Assembly (NCBI GenBank): GCA_964469495.1
Contig: CAYXYY010000054.1
Location: forward strand, 3,794 to 67,793
Length of the DNA: 64,000 nucleotides
Origin: an uncultured Planctomycetia bacterium
Lineage (GTDB): Bacteria; Omnitrophota; Gorgyraeia; S143-82
Reading direction: 5' to 3'
In this document: positions 38,890 through 47,399 of the stretch, one piece after another
Layout: the number at the start of each line of letters is the position of its first letter
How positions within the stretch are numbered: position 1 is the stretch's first letter
Made by a program: the position numbers and the translations under genes
The notes under the pieces: model-generated
Seen by the model: the letters and a program-made list of their open reading frames with translations, nothing else
Databases searched by the model: none
What the model was told of the DNA's origin: nothing

Positions 38890-39747
38890 TTATAGCAAGC
38901 TCATCAGATTTTCAAAAATCTCCTTTATGGCAACAGAAAACCTGCCCTCTGTCAATACAGGCGCTCTGTTGTGGACAACCGCATCAATAACCCCTTCGTC
39001 AAAAGGTATCCTGCCAAGCAGAGGGAATCTATGTTTGCGCGCCCAAGAATCTATCTTTAAGGAAACGTCCTCATTTAAATCCCATTTATTTATAATAATC
39101 GCCGGTGTAAAATTCATCTTTTCACACAGGTCTGCGGTCTTTTTCGCATCCTCAAGCCCGCTTAAAGTCGCCTCAACAATCAATAAAACCTGATTAGCGC
39201 CGTTTAACGAAGATATAACAGGACAACCCGTGCCAGGAGGCCCATCGCATACAATCCATGATTTGCCTGCGTCAGTCGCCAGTTCCCTTGCCTTTTCCTT
39301 CAATATGCTGACCAACTTGCCTGAATTTTCACCGCTTGCCCCAACATCTCCGCTGACCAGCAATCCAAAATCCGTTTTATGCACCGCCCAATTGCCAGAC
39401 TCTTCCCTGTCCATAGAAATCGCATCGTTTGGACAAACGTATTGGCAAAAACCACAACCCTCGCACAGGGCGCTATCAACCACGTAATCAGAACTTATGG
39501 CAAAGAACCTGCATACCTCAATACACCTGCCGCATCTTACACATCTCTCCAAATCAATCCTTGCAGACAATGGCCCTTCAAAAACGCCCTGTTGCAAAAT
39601 ATCAACAGGCCTTATCAAAAGCGGAAGATTAGAGGCATCCACATCGCAATCCACAGATACGCTATCACCCAACAGAACAATAATAGATGCGGTAATAACC
39701 GTCTTGCCTGCTCCGCCTTTACCGCTTAAAAAGACCAGTTCCTTCAT
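38890..39747 (-). CDS. MinD/ParA-family P-loop ATPase with inserted 2x[4Fe-4S] ferredoxin domain
   Basis: It has a deviant Walker A (SGKGGAGKT), two CxxCxxCxxxCP motifs (CVRCGRCIEVC, CEGCGFCQYVCP) and a second nucleotide-binding-domain half. Confidence 0.7.
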   Translation of the reverse strand: MKELVFLSGKGGAGKTVITASIIVLLGDSVSVDCDVDASNLPLLIRPVDILQQGVFEGPLSARIDLERCVRCGRCIEVCRFFAISSDYVVDSALCEGCGFCQYVCPNDAISMDREESGNWAVHKTDFGLLVSGDVGASGENSGKLVSILKEKARELATDAGKSWIVCDGPPGTGCPVISSLNGANQVLLIVEATLSGLEDAKKTADLCEKMNFTPAIIINKWDLNEDVSLKIDSWARKHRFPLLGRIPFDEGVIDAVVHNRAPVLTEGRFSVAIKEIFENLMSLL

Positions 39748-40577
39748 ACGCTCTCCTCTATCTTTTTAATCACGGAGATAAAATCTGCCTTTAATTTCGG
39801 ATAGGCATCAACTAAAGCATGCCCCATAGAATATGCATGCGCCAATTCCCTGTCAAACGGAATCTTTAATAGCAGTTCAATCCCCTCGTCTTGGCAAAAG
39901 GCATCTATAATATCAACACCTTCTTGGGCCTTATTCTCTATAACAGCAAAAGGGATTCCCATTGACCTTAATGCAGAAACAGCTATCTTTAAATCGTGTA
40001 GGCCAAACGGAGTCGGTTCTGATACCAACAAAGAGAAATCGCTTCCTCTTACAGCCTCTCTCATTGGACAGGCATTGCCCGCAGGCACGTCCAAGATATT
40101 CAGCTTATCTTTTTCAATATCCGCTTTTAATCTTCTTATAACCAGAGGAGAAAGACTCTCGCCGGGGAATAACCGCCCGGCAAAAAAACGCATACCGTTC
40201 TTGCAAATCCCCTCCTCCACCTCGCCTATCGCAAACTCTTCCTCGCTAATGACATCATACCCGCATACTGCCTTGCAAAACCCGCACCCATGGCACAACT
40301 CAGAAAAGAAGAGCAACTTTTTCCTCGTAATGGCAATAGCCCCAAAATTGCAGGCATCAGCGCACCTTCCGCACAAAACGCACTTTTCCAGCTCAAAGAC
40401 AGGTTTATGCATAAAAACTCTTTCCTTTGAGCTGATTTGCGGATTGAGAAAAATAGCAGCATTAGGGCCTTCCACGTCGCAGTCAAAAAACGCATCAGCG
40501 CCACTTGATAAGGCAAGAGACACAGCAATAGATGTCTTGCCTGTTCCTCCTTTACCACTTGCAACGGATATAATCAT
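39744..40577 (-). CDS. MinD/ParA-family P-loop ATPase with inserted 2x[4Fe-4S] ferredoxin domain (paralog)
   Basis: It has a deviant Walker A (SGKGGTGKT) and the cysteine motifs CVLCGRCADAC and CHGCGFCKAVC. It overlaps its paralog by 4 nt. Confidence 0.7.
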   Translation of the reverse strand: MIISVASGKGGTGKTSIAVSLALSSGADAFFDCDVEGPNAAIFLNPQISSKERVFMHKPVFELEKCVLCGRCADACNFGAIAITRKKLLFFSELCHGCGFCKAVCGYDVISEEEFAIGEVEEGICKNGMRFFAGRLFPGESLSPLVIRRLKADIEKDKLNILDVPAGNACPMREAVRGSDFSLLVSEPTPFGLHDLKIAVSALRSMGIPFAVIENKAQEGVDIIDAFCQDEGIELLLKIPFDRELAHAYSMGHALVDAYPKLKADFISVIKKIEESV

Positions 40578-40897
40578 AGGCCAAGTTTCTGCTTTGCCAA
40601 CTCAATTGCCTCTGATACCTTTTCTGCGGAAAGCTCTATTATCTTTATATCAGATTCCTGCAGGACCTCTTTTGCATGTCCTCCCAAGTTCTCACTGACA
40701 ACGACCTGCGCCCCTTCATCCAAAACCAATTGCGCAGCAGATACGCCTGCTCCCCTGTCTGCATTCGCAGAGGGATTTTTCATAGACTTAACCTCTCCTG
40801 TTTGAGAATCCACAAACACAAAATAGGCGCATCTGCCAAAACGGCTATCCATATCAGCCGACAAACCTTCCGCCTTAGCCGGCACACATATCTTCAT
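40574..40897 (-). CDS. Dinitrogenase FeMo-cofactor-binding domain protein (NifX/NifB C-terminal-like)
   Basis: This 107-aa protein begins MKICVPAKAEG...SRFGRCAYFVFVD. This is typical of the NifX-NafY/NifB-C family fold. Confidence 0.6.
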   Translation of the reverse strand: MKICVPAKAEGLSADMDSRFGRCAYFVFVDSQTGEVKSMKNPSANADRGAGVSAAQLVLDEGAQVVVSENLGGHAKEVLQESDIKIIELSAEKVSEAIELAKQKLGL

Positions 40898-40929
40898 AAC
40901 ATGCCTCCTTTGCGCAAGACAGTCAGGGA

Positions 40930-41154
40930 TTAACCCTGACTGTCCTCACTATTGCCCATTGCCTGACGAACCCTTGCGAGTTCCTCTTCCAAAAACCTTG
41001 CCCTTTCCTCAAGCGAGGCAAAACCAAATCCGAACCCGTTTCTGCGTCCAAGGCCTAAACCACGGCCCCTGCCTAAACCGGCTCCGCAGCGGCCAAGTCC
41101 CCGCCCGGTCATAGGGCCTCTTCCCATAGGTCCTGTTCCGTCTCTTCCCGGCAT
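40930..41154 (-). CDS. DUF5320-family glycine/arginine-rich small protein
   Basis: It begins MPGRDGTGPMGRGPMTGRGLGRCGAG, followed by a coiled-coil tail. This resembles the DUF5320 N-terminus. Confidence 0.55.
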   Translation of the reverse strand: MPGRDGTGPMGRGPMTGRGLGRCGAGLGRGRGLGLGRRNGFGFGFASLEERARFLEEELARVRQAMGNSEDSQG

Positions 41155-41159
41155 AAAAA

Positions 41160-41603
41160 TCACCTCCTTCTACACTTATCACAAAGGCCTTCAACCTGCA
41201 GATGAAAACTCTGCGGTGAAAAACGAAGCCTTTTCCTTATCCTGCCAAACAACAATCCCAACTCCTCAAAAATCCTATGGTCTGCCATCTCCTCAACCGC
41301 CCCGCAATTCGTGCAGACAATATGAAAGTGTTCTTTCCCTTTGTCAACCTCATACCTCGCCTTTCCATCACCTAAAACAACCTTATTCAATATTCCCATC
41401 TCACAGAACAAATCCAATGCCCTATAAACAGTCGCTATCCCTATATTCGGACACAATTCCTGCGCCTTTAAATACACCTCTTCGGCAGACAAATGTCCTC
41501 TCGCGCTATGCAAGACATCCCATACAACCTGCCTTGCGCCGGTAATCCTCCTGCCAAACTGCCTCATCCTCCTGTGATAATGCCCATTGCCTCTTCTCTC
41601 CAC
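41160..41603 (-). CDS. fur: Ferric uptake regulator family transcriptional repressor
   Basis: The winged helix (ITGARQVVWDVLHSARGHLSAEEVY) is followed by the metal-binding motif HFHIVCTNCG and a C-terminal CDKC. The start was chosen at the GTG with a GGAGG RBS 6 nt upstream. The longer ORF runs to 41621. Confidence 0.8.
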   Translation of the reverse strand: MERRGNGHYHRRMRQFGRRITGARQVVWDVLHSARGHLSAEEVYLKAQELCPNIGIATVYRALDLFCEMGILNKVVLGDGKARYEVDKGKEHFHIVCTNCGAVEEMADHRIFEELGLLFGRIRKRLRFSPQSFHLQVEGLCDKCRRR

Positions 41604-41619
41604 AACACACCTCCAAATC

Positions 41620-41638
41620 AATAATGATAATCATTATC
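41620..41638 (-). promoter_or_regulatory. Fur box (18/19 match to GATAATGATAATCATTATC) overlapping the fur promoter/TSS
   Basis: The sequence aATAATGATAATCATTATC is a perfect palindromic core. It lies 17-35 nt upstream of the fur start and just downstream of an extended -10 element. Confidence 0.8.
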
Positions 41639-41646
41639 AATTACTT

Positions 41647-41674
41647 ATTATACAAAATCGCAGCAGAAATGCAA
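41647..41674 (-). promoter_or_regulatory. Sigma-70 promoter with extended -10 (TTGCAT-N16-TGTATAAT) for the fur operon
   Basis: The minus strand reads TTGCATttctgctgcgatttTGTATAAT. The -10 element is a perfect TATAAT with an upstream TG. Confidence 0.6.
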
Positions 41675-41702
41675 TAAAAAAGGCCGGGAATTTTTCCCGG
41701 CC
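41672..41702 (-). terminator. Rho-independent terminator after the upstream membrane-protein gene
   Basis: The minus strand reads GGCCGGGAAAAATTCCCGGCC followed by TTTTTTATT. Confidence 0.7.
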
Positions 41703-41731
41703 ATTTAAATAACGAATAAGAGTACAGGCCA

Positions 41732-42574
41732 TTATTCCTGCTCAATTTCAGGAATCTCCTGATGATTTAGCTGCTCATATATGGAATAAAACACATTTGT
41801 CAGAATAATCCTTATTACCATAGACAACATCATAATCGGAATCCCAGCAATAATGAGGAATAATACCTGCCCTAATGCAGGCCCTCCTATTGCCGCCAGC
41901 ATTGCGCCCAGCACAGTGAGGATAATAATTGCGACAAAACCAACGCCCACTACACTCAATATAATCAATAAAAACGTCAAAACATAGCCTTTACTCATTT
42001 TCCACACACTAAAAAGGGAAGCGACAGGGCCATCGTCAGAAAACAGCAATCTAATAAAATATAAAGGAAAAACCCTCACTACAACATATACGGCCAAACA
42101 GACTATGCCAACAACCAATAAAACCCCCAGTATTCTTGCCAATATCTGCGGCAAGAAAGACATGGCAGCTATCAACATTATTGTTCCAAGAGTTAATATA
42201 ATACTGAACAACAAATATACAAAAGATATAATGAGAAGCCCTAGTAAAAATTTCAAATAATTTTCTTTAACCGTGGCTATCCATTCTTTTATATTGAATC
42301 CTGCTTCTTTTATAGAGAGAGCTGCCTTGATAAGAAAAGGCTCGGCGCCTGCAAAAGTCAATAACATCAACACAGATATGATAAAATTAAACATACTGCT
42401 CGGATTATCCTTGTTGGGATTCAATATAGCCAATACAATCATTGGCACGCTCCATAGAACAGACCACCCAAACATAGCAATGATAACCTTAAGAAGGTAT
42501 TTCGGATCTCTCCTCGTATCATTCACAGCCTGAAAAACGCCTTCCACCCATGAAAATTTTACCTCTTCCTGCAT
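41732..42574 (-). CDS. Hypothetical polytopic membrane protein
   Basis: It has about 6 TM segments and no recognisable catalytic motif. It directly follows fliG. Confidence 0.4.
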   Translation of the reverse strand: MQEEVKFSWVEGVFQAVNDTRRDPKYLLKVIIAMFGWSVLWSVPMIVLAILNPNKDNPSSMFNFIISVLMLLTFAGAEPFLIKAALSIKEAGFNIKEWIATVKENYLKFLLGLLIISFVYLLFSIILTLGTIMLIAAMSFLPQILARILGVLLVVGIVCLAVYVVVRVFPLYFIRLLFSDDGPVASLFSVWKMSKGYVLTFLLIILSVVGVGFVAIIILTVLGAMLAAIGGPALGQVLFLIIAGIPIMMLSMVIRIILTNVFYSIYEQLNHQEIPEIEQE

Positions 42575-42586
42575 ATAACCCCCTTT

Positions 42587-43624
42587 TTAAACAATAAGTT
42601 CGTCTTCCTTGCCGCCACGGCCTGATATCATTATCTCTCCGGTTTCCTCAAGCCTGCGGATTATAGCAACTATCCTCTGCTGGGCCTCTTCAACCGTCTT
42701 TAAACGGACAGGCCCCATAAATTCCATTTCTTCTTTGATGCCTTCCGCCGCGCGCTTTGACATATTCTTAAATATCTTTTCCTTTACGGCCTCGCTTGCG
42801 CCTTTTAATGCAACCGCCAATTCCTTTGTATCCACTTCTTTTAAGATCTGCTGTACACCTCTGTCGTTTATGTGGATAATATCCTCAAACACGAACATCA
42901 GTTTTCTGACGTTGTCAACCAACTCCGGTTCGGTTTCCTCCATTGCCTCTAAAATCATCTTCTCAGTTGCCCTGTCAACGTGGTTTAATATCTCTGCCGT
43001 GGTCTTAACACCACCGGTCGTTGCCAGCCCCTGAGAAAACAAAGAAGACAACTTGCTCTCAAGCGTCGCGCCTATGTCCCTGACGATATCCGGAGGAGTC
43101 CTGTCCATTGTGGTAATTCTGCGAGTGACCTCTATTTGAAGTTCGCTAGGCAAAGAGGCTAAGATGCTAGCGGAATATTCCGAATCTAAATAAGATAAAA
43201 TCAAAGCTATGGTTTGCGGGTGTTCATTTTGTATAAAGTTGAGTATCTGCGAAGGCTCTGTTTTCTTCAGAAAATCAAATGGGGACTCCGAATTATCCTC
43301 AGCGACCTGCGCCAGCACCTTTTCAGCCCTTTCCTCTCCAAGCACGGTTGTCAAAAGCTTTTGGGCAGTATTAAGGCCTCCTTTTATGTGCCTTCTCTTT
43401 TGCGCCAAACTGGCCTTGAACTCCGCAACAACCGCATCAATAACATCCTGAGAAACCGTGCCTAATGCAGAAATCTCCTTTGTTATCCTCGCGATTTCTT
43501 CCTCTTCCAAACGCTTAAAAACCTCCGAGGCCCTTCTTGGCCCTATCGCAAGGATAAAAACAGCTGCTTTCTGTGTTTTAGAAAGCTCGGATATGTCGTT
43601 TATCACACCCTCTGTTGCAGGCAT
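42587..43624 (-). CDS. fliG: Flagellar motor switch protein FliG
   Basis: The C-terminal torque-generating domain reads VQQILKEVDTKELAVALKGASEAVKEKIFKNMSKRAAEGIKEEMEFMGPVRLKTVEEAQQRIVAIIRRLEETGEI. Confidence 0.9.
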   Translation of the reverse strand: MPATEGVINDISELSKTQKAAVFILAIGPRRASEVFKRLEEEEIARITKEISALGTVSQDVIDAVVAEFKASLAQKRRHIKGGLNTAQKLLTTVLGEERAEKVLAQVAEDNSESPFDFLKKTEPSQILNFIQNEHPQTIALILSYLDSEYSASILASLPSELQIEVTRRITTMDRTPPDIVRDIGATLESKLSSLFSQGLATTGGVKTTAEILNHVDRATEKMILEAMEETEPELVDNVRKLMFVFEDIIHINDRGVQQILKEVDTKELAVALKGASEAVKEKIFKNMSKRAAEGIKEEMEFMGPVRLKTVEEAQQRIVAIIRRLEETGEIMISGRGGKEDELIV

Positions 43625-45039
43625 TATTCACCCTCTCCTTCCAGATACTCCCTGACTACATCCGCAGTTAAATCGTAATCGTCGGCAACCACTTCGGTTA
43701 TGTCCCGCTCGGCCTTTCTGGTTGCCTGTTTAACAACAGGCGCAGGCGGTTTTGGCAAAGCGCTACTCAAGGATTTTATCATACCCTGCAACGTCAAAAT
43801 GGCCATTAATGCCAATATCAATAGCCCGACATACTTGGCTATCTGCACTCCCATAGACATCATTTCTTGTTTTGACTCGGCCTTTTTTTCTTTGTCATAA
43901 AAAGACGTATCAAATTCTATATCATTCATAGAAATAGTATCGCCTCTTTCCGTATCAAGTCCAACGGCTTGGGCCACCAGATCCTGAAATTTCTTCTTTT
44001 GCTCATCATCATACTGCCCGTTTACAACAACCGCAACCGTAAGTTTTTTGATATTGCCCGTTGACTCTATGATATGGGCAATGGTCTTACTCATCTCATA
44101 ATTAGTAATGGTGTGCTCCTTCTTTCCGCTCTTTCCGGCCTCTCCGGGAGAGACCTCAACGGAACTTTCCTCGCTCCTTGGTGCCAAAGATTCAGGGTCA
44201 TAACTCTCCTGCGTTTTTTCAACGCGCATAAAATCAATATCCGCATTAACGCGAACTATAGCCTTGCCCGGCCCTAATATACCGGCAAGCATAGACGATG
44301 CCTTTTTCTCCAAATACCTCTCAACGCTCCTTTTAACATCCAACTGACTGTCTGTAAGCCCGGCAGCAGAAGCCCCATCCCCGCCATAAAGCAGATTGCC
44401 ATACGTATCTACAACCGTGATATTGTCCACAGTCAATCCTTCAACGGAACTGGCAACCAAATGCACAATCCCCTGTAATTGGTCCTTTGACAATCCGCTC
44501 ATACCGGCCATGCCAAGCACAACTGACGCGCTTGCCGGCGTCTTTTCCTCTTCAAAAAGGCCTGGTTTGGGAAGCACGATATGCACCCTTGCCTTTTTGA
44601 TGCCCTTTATAGTAGCAATGCTCCGCGCGATTTCTCCTTCCAAAGCGCGCTTATAATTTATCTGTTGCAGGTAATCTGTCATACCTATCCCGGACTTCTT
44701 GTCAAAAATCTCATATCCCACACCCCTGCCTTGCGGAAGGCCTTCCGATGCCAAGGCAATCCTCGCCTCATACACGTTTTTATTAGGCACCATTATCACA
44801 CTGCCCTTCACCTTTGTTGGGATCTTCATCTCGTCCAATTTCTGTTTGATAAGCCCTGCCTCGGAAAGGTCCAGATTGGCATACAATACGGCATAATCCG
44901 GTTGGGAAAGCCAGATAGATAAGCCGGCTATAACAACGCCTGTGGCAAAAAACACCAAAAAGATGCTCATCCTTTGAGCAGGCGTCATCTTTTTAAACAA
45001 ATCAAAAAACTGGCGCACAACCGCCATTAGATCGCCCAT
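43624..45039 (-). CDS. fliF: Flagellar M-ring protein FliF
   Basis: It has an N-terminal TM, YscJ/FliF ring-building motifs and a C-terminal TM. It is 471 aa long. Confidence 0.85.
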   Translation of the reverse strand: MGDLMAVVRQFFDLFKKMTPAQRMSIFLVFFATGVVIAGLSIWLSQPDYAVLYANLDLSEAGLIKQKLDEMKIPTKVKGSVIMVPNKNVYEARIALASEGLPQGRGVGYEIFDKKSGIGMTDYLQQINYKRALEGEIARSIATIKGIKKARVHIVLPKPGLFEEEKTPASASVVLGMAGMSGLSKDQLQGIVHLVASSVEGLTVDNITVVDTYGNLLYGGDGASAAGLTDSQLDVKRSVERYLEKKASSMLAGILGPGKAIVRVNADIDFMRVEKTQESYDPESLAPRSEESSVEVSPGEAGKSGKKEHTITNYEMSKTIAHIIESTGNIKKLTVAVVVNGQYDDEQKKKFQDLVAQAVGLDTERGDTISMNDIEFDTSFYDKEKKAESKQEMMSMGVQIAKYVGLLILALMAILTLQGMIKSLSSALPKPPAPVVKQATRKAERDITEVVADDYDLTADVVREYLEGEGE

Positions 45040-45040
45040 G

Positions 45041-45337
45041 TCACATCTGCATCCTCATTAATTCATTATACGCATCTATAAGTTTATTCCTTATCTGCAT
45101 CATCGTCATAAATGACAGATTCGCCTCTTCCACAGCCACCATTACCTGATGAATGTCCTGCGCCTTTCCCGTGGCAAGCTGTTCCATTGCCGCCTCTGCG
45201 TTTAGCTGCATCTTGTTTACGCTATCCATACTTTCCTTTAAAAGGGACAAAAAGTCCTCACCGGCCTGCGCGCCTGTTGCCTTTTTCCCTTGCTCAAGGC
45301 CTTGAATGTTTAAACCCGATATCTTATCTATGCCCAT
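45041..45337 (-). CDS. fliE: Flagellar hook-basal body complex protein FliE
   Basis: This 98-aa protein has the conserved C-terminus MQIRNKLIDAYNELMRMQM. Confidence 0.8.
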   Translation of the reverse strand: MGIDKISGLNIQGLEQGKKATGAQAGEDFLSLLKESMDSVNKMQLNAEAAMEQLATGKAQDIHQVMVAVEEANLSFMTMMQIRNKLIDAYNELMRMQM

Positions 45338-45352
45338 CTAATCGGCCTCCTA

Positions 45353-45757
45353 TCACTTCAACAAATCCAAACTCTTCATCATTGACTGCTTCTGAAGATT
45401 AAACGCAGCTATATTGGCCTCATAGGCCCTGCTGGCGGTGACCATCTTTGCCCATTCTTTAGGCAAATCCACATCAGGGTATTTTACATAACCTTCCTTA
45501 TTCGCATCCGGATGTTGGGGATCGTAAACAAGGCGGAAATTATCGTCCTGATACAATCCGGCCACATCAACACCGTTTAATCCCTCTTTTGCCTTTAAAA
45601 TCACCTCTTGTTTTTTATATGGCCCGCCTTCTTCTGTGCGCGTGGTATTTACGTTCGCCAGATTATTGGCTATAGCCTCCATACGTTTTTTCTCTGCGCG
45701 CAGGCCTGTCTCGGATATATTCATACCGGAGAAAACGCCCCTCACCTCCATAGGCAC
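45353..45757 (-). CDS. flgC: Flagellar basal-body rod protein FlgC
   Basis: It has the rod-protein N-terminal motif (SGLRAEKKRMEAIANNLANVNTT) and the C-terminal YVKYPDVDL...AFNLQKQSMMKSLDLL. Confidence 0.85.
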   Translation of the reverse strand: MPMEVRGVFSGMNISETGLRAEKKRMEAIANNLANVNTTRTEEGGPYKKQEVILKAKEGLNGVDVAGLYQDDNFRLVYDPQHPDANKEGYVKYPDVDLPKEWAKMVTASRAYEANIAAFNLQKQSMMKSLDLLK

Positions 45758-45767
45758 CTCCTATTCA

Positions 45768-46151
45768 TTAATCAACCCTTCCCCTGATAATAGAGGAATA
45801 GAGCTGAAATCTATTTGCCAACATATGCACCATCGTCTGATACGACATATTCGCTTCCGTCATCTTTATGATTTCTTCATCTATCTCAACTGGCTTATCC
45901 GTATCTTTCACATATTTGCCTAAATCCACGTTGTCATGCAGATTGCCGTCAATATGTCTGGCATTGGTCTTTGCCAACTCAATATGCCTGCCTTGTTCCT
46001 GCTCCAATATCTCTGAGAAATCCGCCTCTTTAGCCTTATATCCCGGTGTATTGGCATTGGCAATATTGTTAGCCCTTACCTTTGACTCCAGACTGAGCCT
46101 GTCCATTGCTTCGGCCAACTTATTACTTGCGCCTTGCACAAAATACCCCAT
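45768..46151 (-). CDS. flgB: Flagellar basal-body rod protein FlgB
   Basis: It has the ANNIANANTPGYKA rod N-terminal motif. The ATG start at 46151 has an AAGGAGGG RBS. The ORF track starts at a TTG at 46157. Confidence 0.8.
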   Translation of the reverse strand: MGYFVQGASNKLAEAMDRLSLESKVRANNIANANTPGYKAKEADFSEILEQEQGRHIELAKTNARHIDGNLHDNVDLGKYVKDTDKPVEIDEEIIKMTEANMSYQTMVHMLANRFQLYSSIIRGRVD

Positions 46152-46191
46152 AGACAAATCCCTCCTTGCCTTTCTACTCGTTTCTTAAATA

Positions 46192-46208
46192 AGCAAAAAC
46201 CATTCCAA
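46192..46208 (-). promoter_or_regulatory. Sigma-54 (RpoN) -24/-12 promoter, TGGAAT-N5-TTGCT, upstream of flgB
   Basis: The minus strand reads TGGAATggtttTTGCTT, about 40 nt upstream of the flgB start. It has the GG/GC dinucleotides at the canonical spacing (consensus TGGCAC-N5-TTGCW). Confidence 0.55.
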
Positions 46209-46211
46209 TAT

Positions 46212-47399
46212 CTATTTAGCCAAACAAGACACCAATCCAAATCCCAAGATATCCGCCTCTGATGCAACCTCTTTATCGCAAAGCAGGCACATACGTTGTA
46301 TGTAATTTTCCAGTTCCCTTACATTTCCCGGCCAGTCATATTCCATCAAAGCCGACAACGCTCCATCATCTAATTTTTTCAAACGCACTGCCGGATTTTT
46401 GGAATACTTTTTCAAAAACACGTCCACCAACATAGGGATGTCCTCTTTTCTATCCCTTAAAGCGGGTATTCTAACAGGTATAATACTCAATCTAAAAAAC
46501 AAGTCCTGCCTAAACCTGCCCTCTTTGGCCTCTTCCTCCAAATCCCTATTCGTCGTGGCTATAACCCTCACGTCAACAGAGACCGTCTGGCTTCCGCCCA
46601 CTCTGTCAAATTCGCCCTCTTGCAATGCCCTTAACAATTTGGCCTGCAAACCTATATCCATTTCGCTTATCTCGTCTAACAACAGTGTCCCGCCATTTGC
46701 CAGCTCAAACTTCCCCAATCTCCTTTGAACCGCGCCGGTAAAGGCCCCCTTTTCATGGCCGAAAAGCTCGCTTTCCAGCAAAGACGCTGGCAAAGCCGCG
46801 CAGTTCACAGAGACAAAAGGAGCGTCTTTTCTGTTTCCAGTATAGTGAATATACCTTGCAAAGACCTCTTTTCCCGTCCCTGTTTCGCCGGTTAAAAGGA
46901 TCGTTGCATTTGAATCCTTTACCCTGTCAACCAATCGCACCAGCTCTTGCATAGATGGATGAAATGCGACAAACGGAACAGAACTTTCCTGTTTTACCTC
47001 CTGTTTTAGCGCCTGATTTTCCTTCTTTAAAATCTGCCTTTCTTCCGCCCTCTTTATTATCATCATAAGCTCGTCGCTGGAAAATGGCTTTGTGATGTAA
47101 TCATACGCGCCTATCTTCATTGCCTCCACAGCTGTTTCAACCGTTGCATAAGCAGTCATCATAATCACGCACAAATCCGGAGACAATTCCATAGCCTTTT
47201 TCATTAACTCTATACCGCTCATCTGCGGCATCTTCAAATCCGTTATCATAATCGGGATATCCGTTTTCTTTAAAATAGATAATGCCTCTTTTCCATTAAC
47301 AGCGGAAAAGACCTTATACCCCGCCTTTTTCAAAAGCAGTTTTAACGACTCCAAAACAAGGGCATCGTCATCAACAATCAGGATTCGTGTGGCAGCCAT
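46212..47399 (-). CDS. flgR: Sigma-54-dependent response regulator lacking a C-terminal DNA-binding domain (FlgR-like)
   Basis: A receiver domain (ILIVDDD...ITDLKMP) is followed by an AAA+ sigma-54 activation domain (GETGTGKE, GAFTGA, ESELFGHEKGAFTGA). The protein ends about 45 aa after WPGNVREL with no Fis-type HTH. Confidence 0.75.
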   Translation of the reverse strand: MAATRILIVDDDALVLESLKLLLKKAGYKVFSAVNGKEALSILKKTDIPIMITDLKMPQMSGIELMKKAMELSPDLCVIMMTAYATVETAVEAMKIGAYDYITKPFSSDELMMIIKRAEERQILKKENQALKQEVKQESSVPFVAFHPSMQELVRLVDRVKDSNATILLTGETGTGKEVFARYIHYTGNRKDAPFVSVNCAALPASLLESELFGHEKGAFTGAVQRRLGKFELANGGTLLLDEISEMDIGLQAKLLRALQEGEFDRVGGSQTVSVDVRVIATTNRDLEEEAKEGRFRQDLFFRLSIIPVRIPALRDRKEDIPMLVDVFLKKYSKNPAVRLKKLDDGALSALMEYDWPGNVRELENYIQRMCLLCDKEVASEADILGFGLVSCLAK

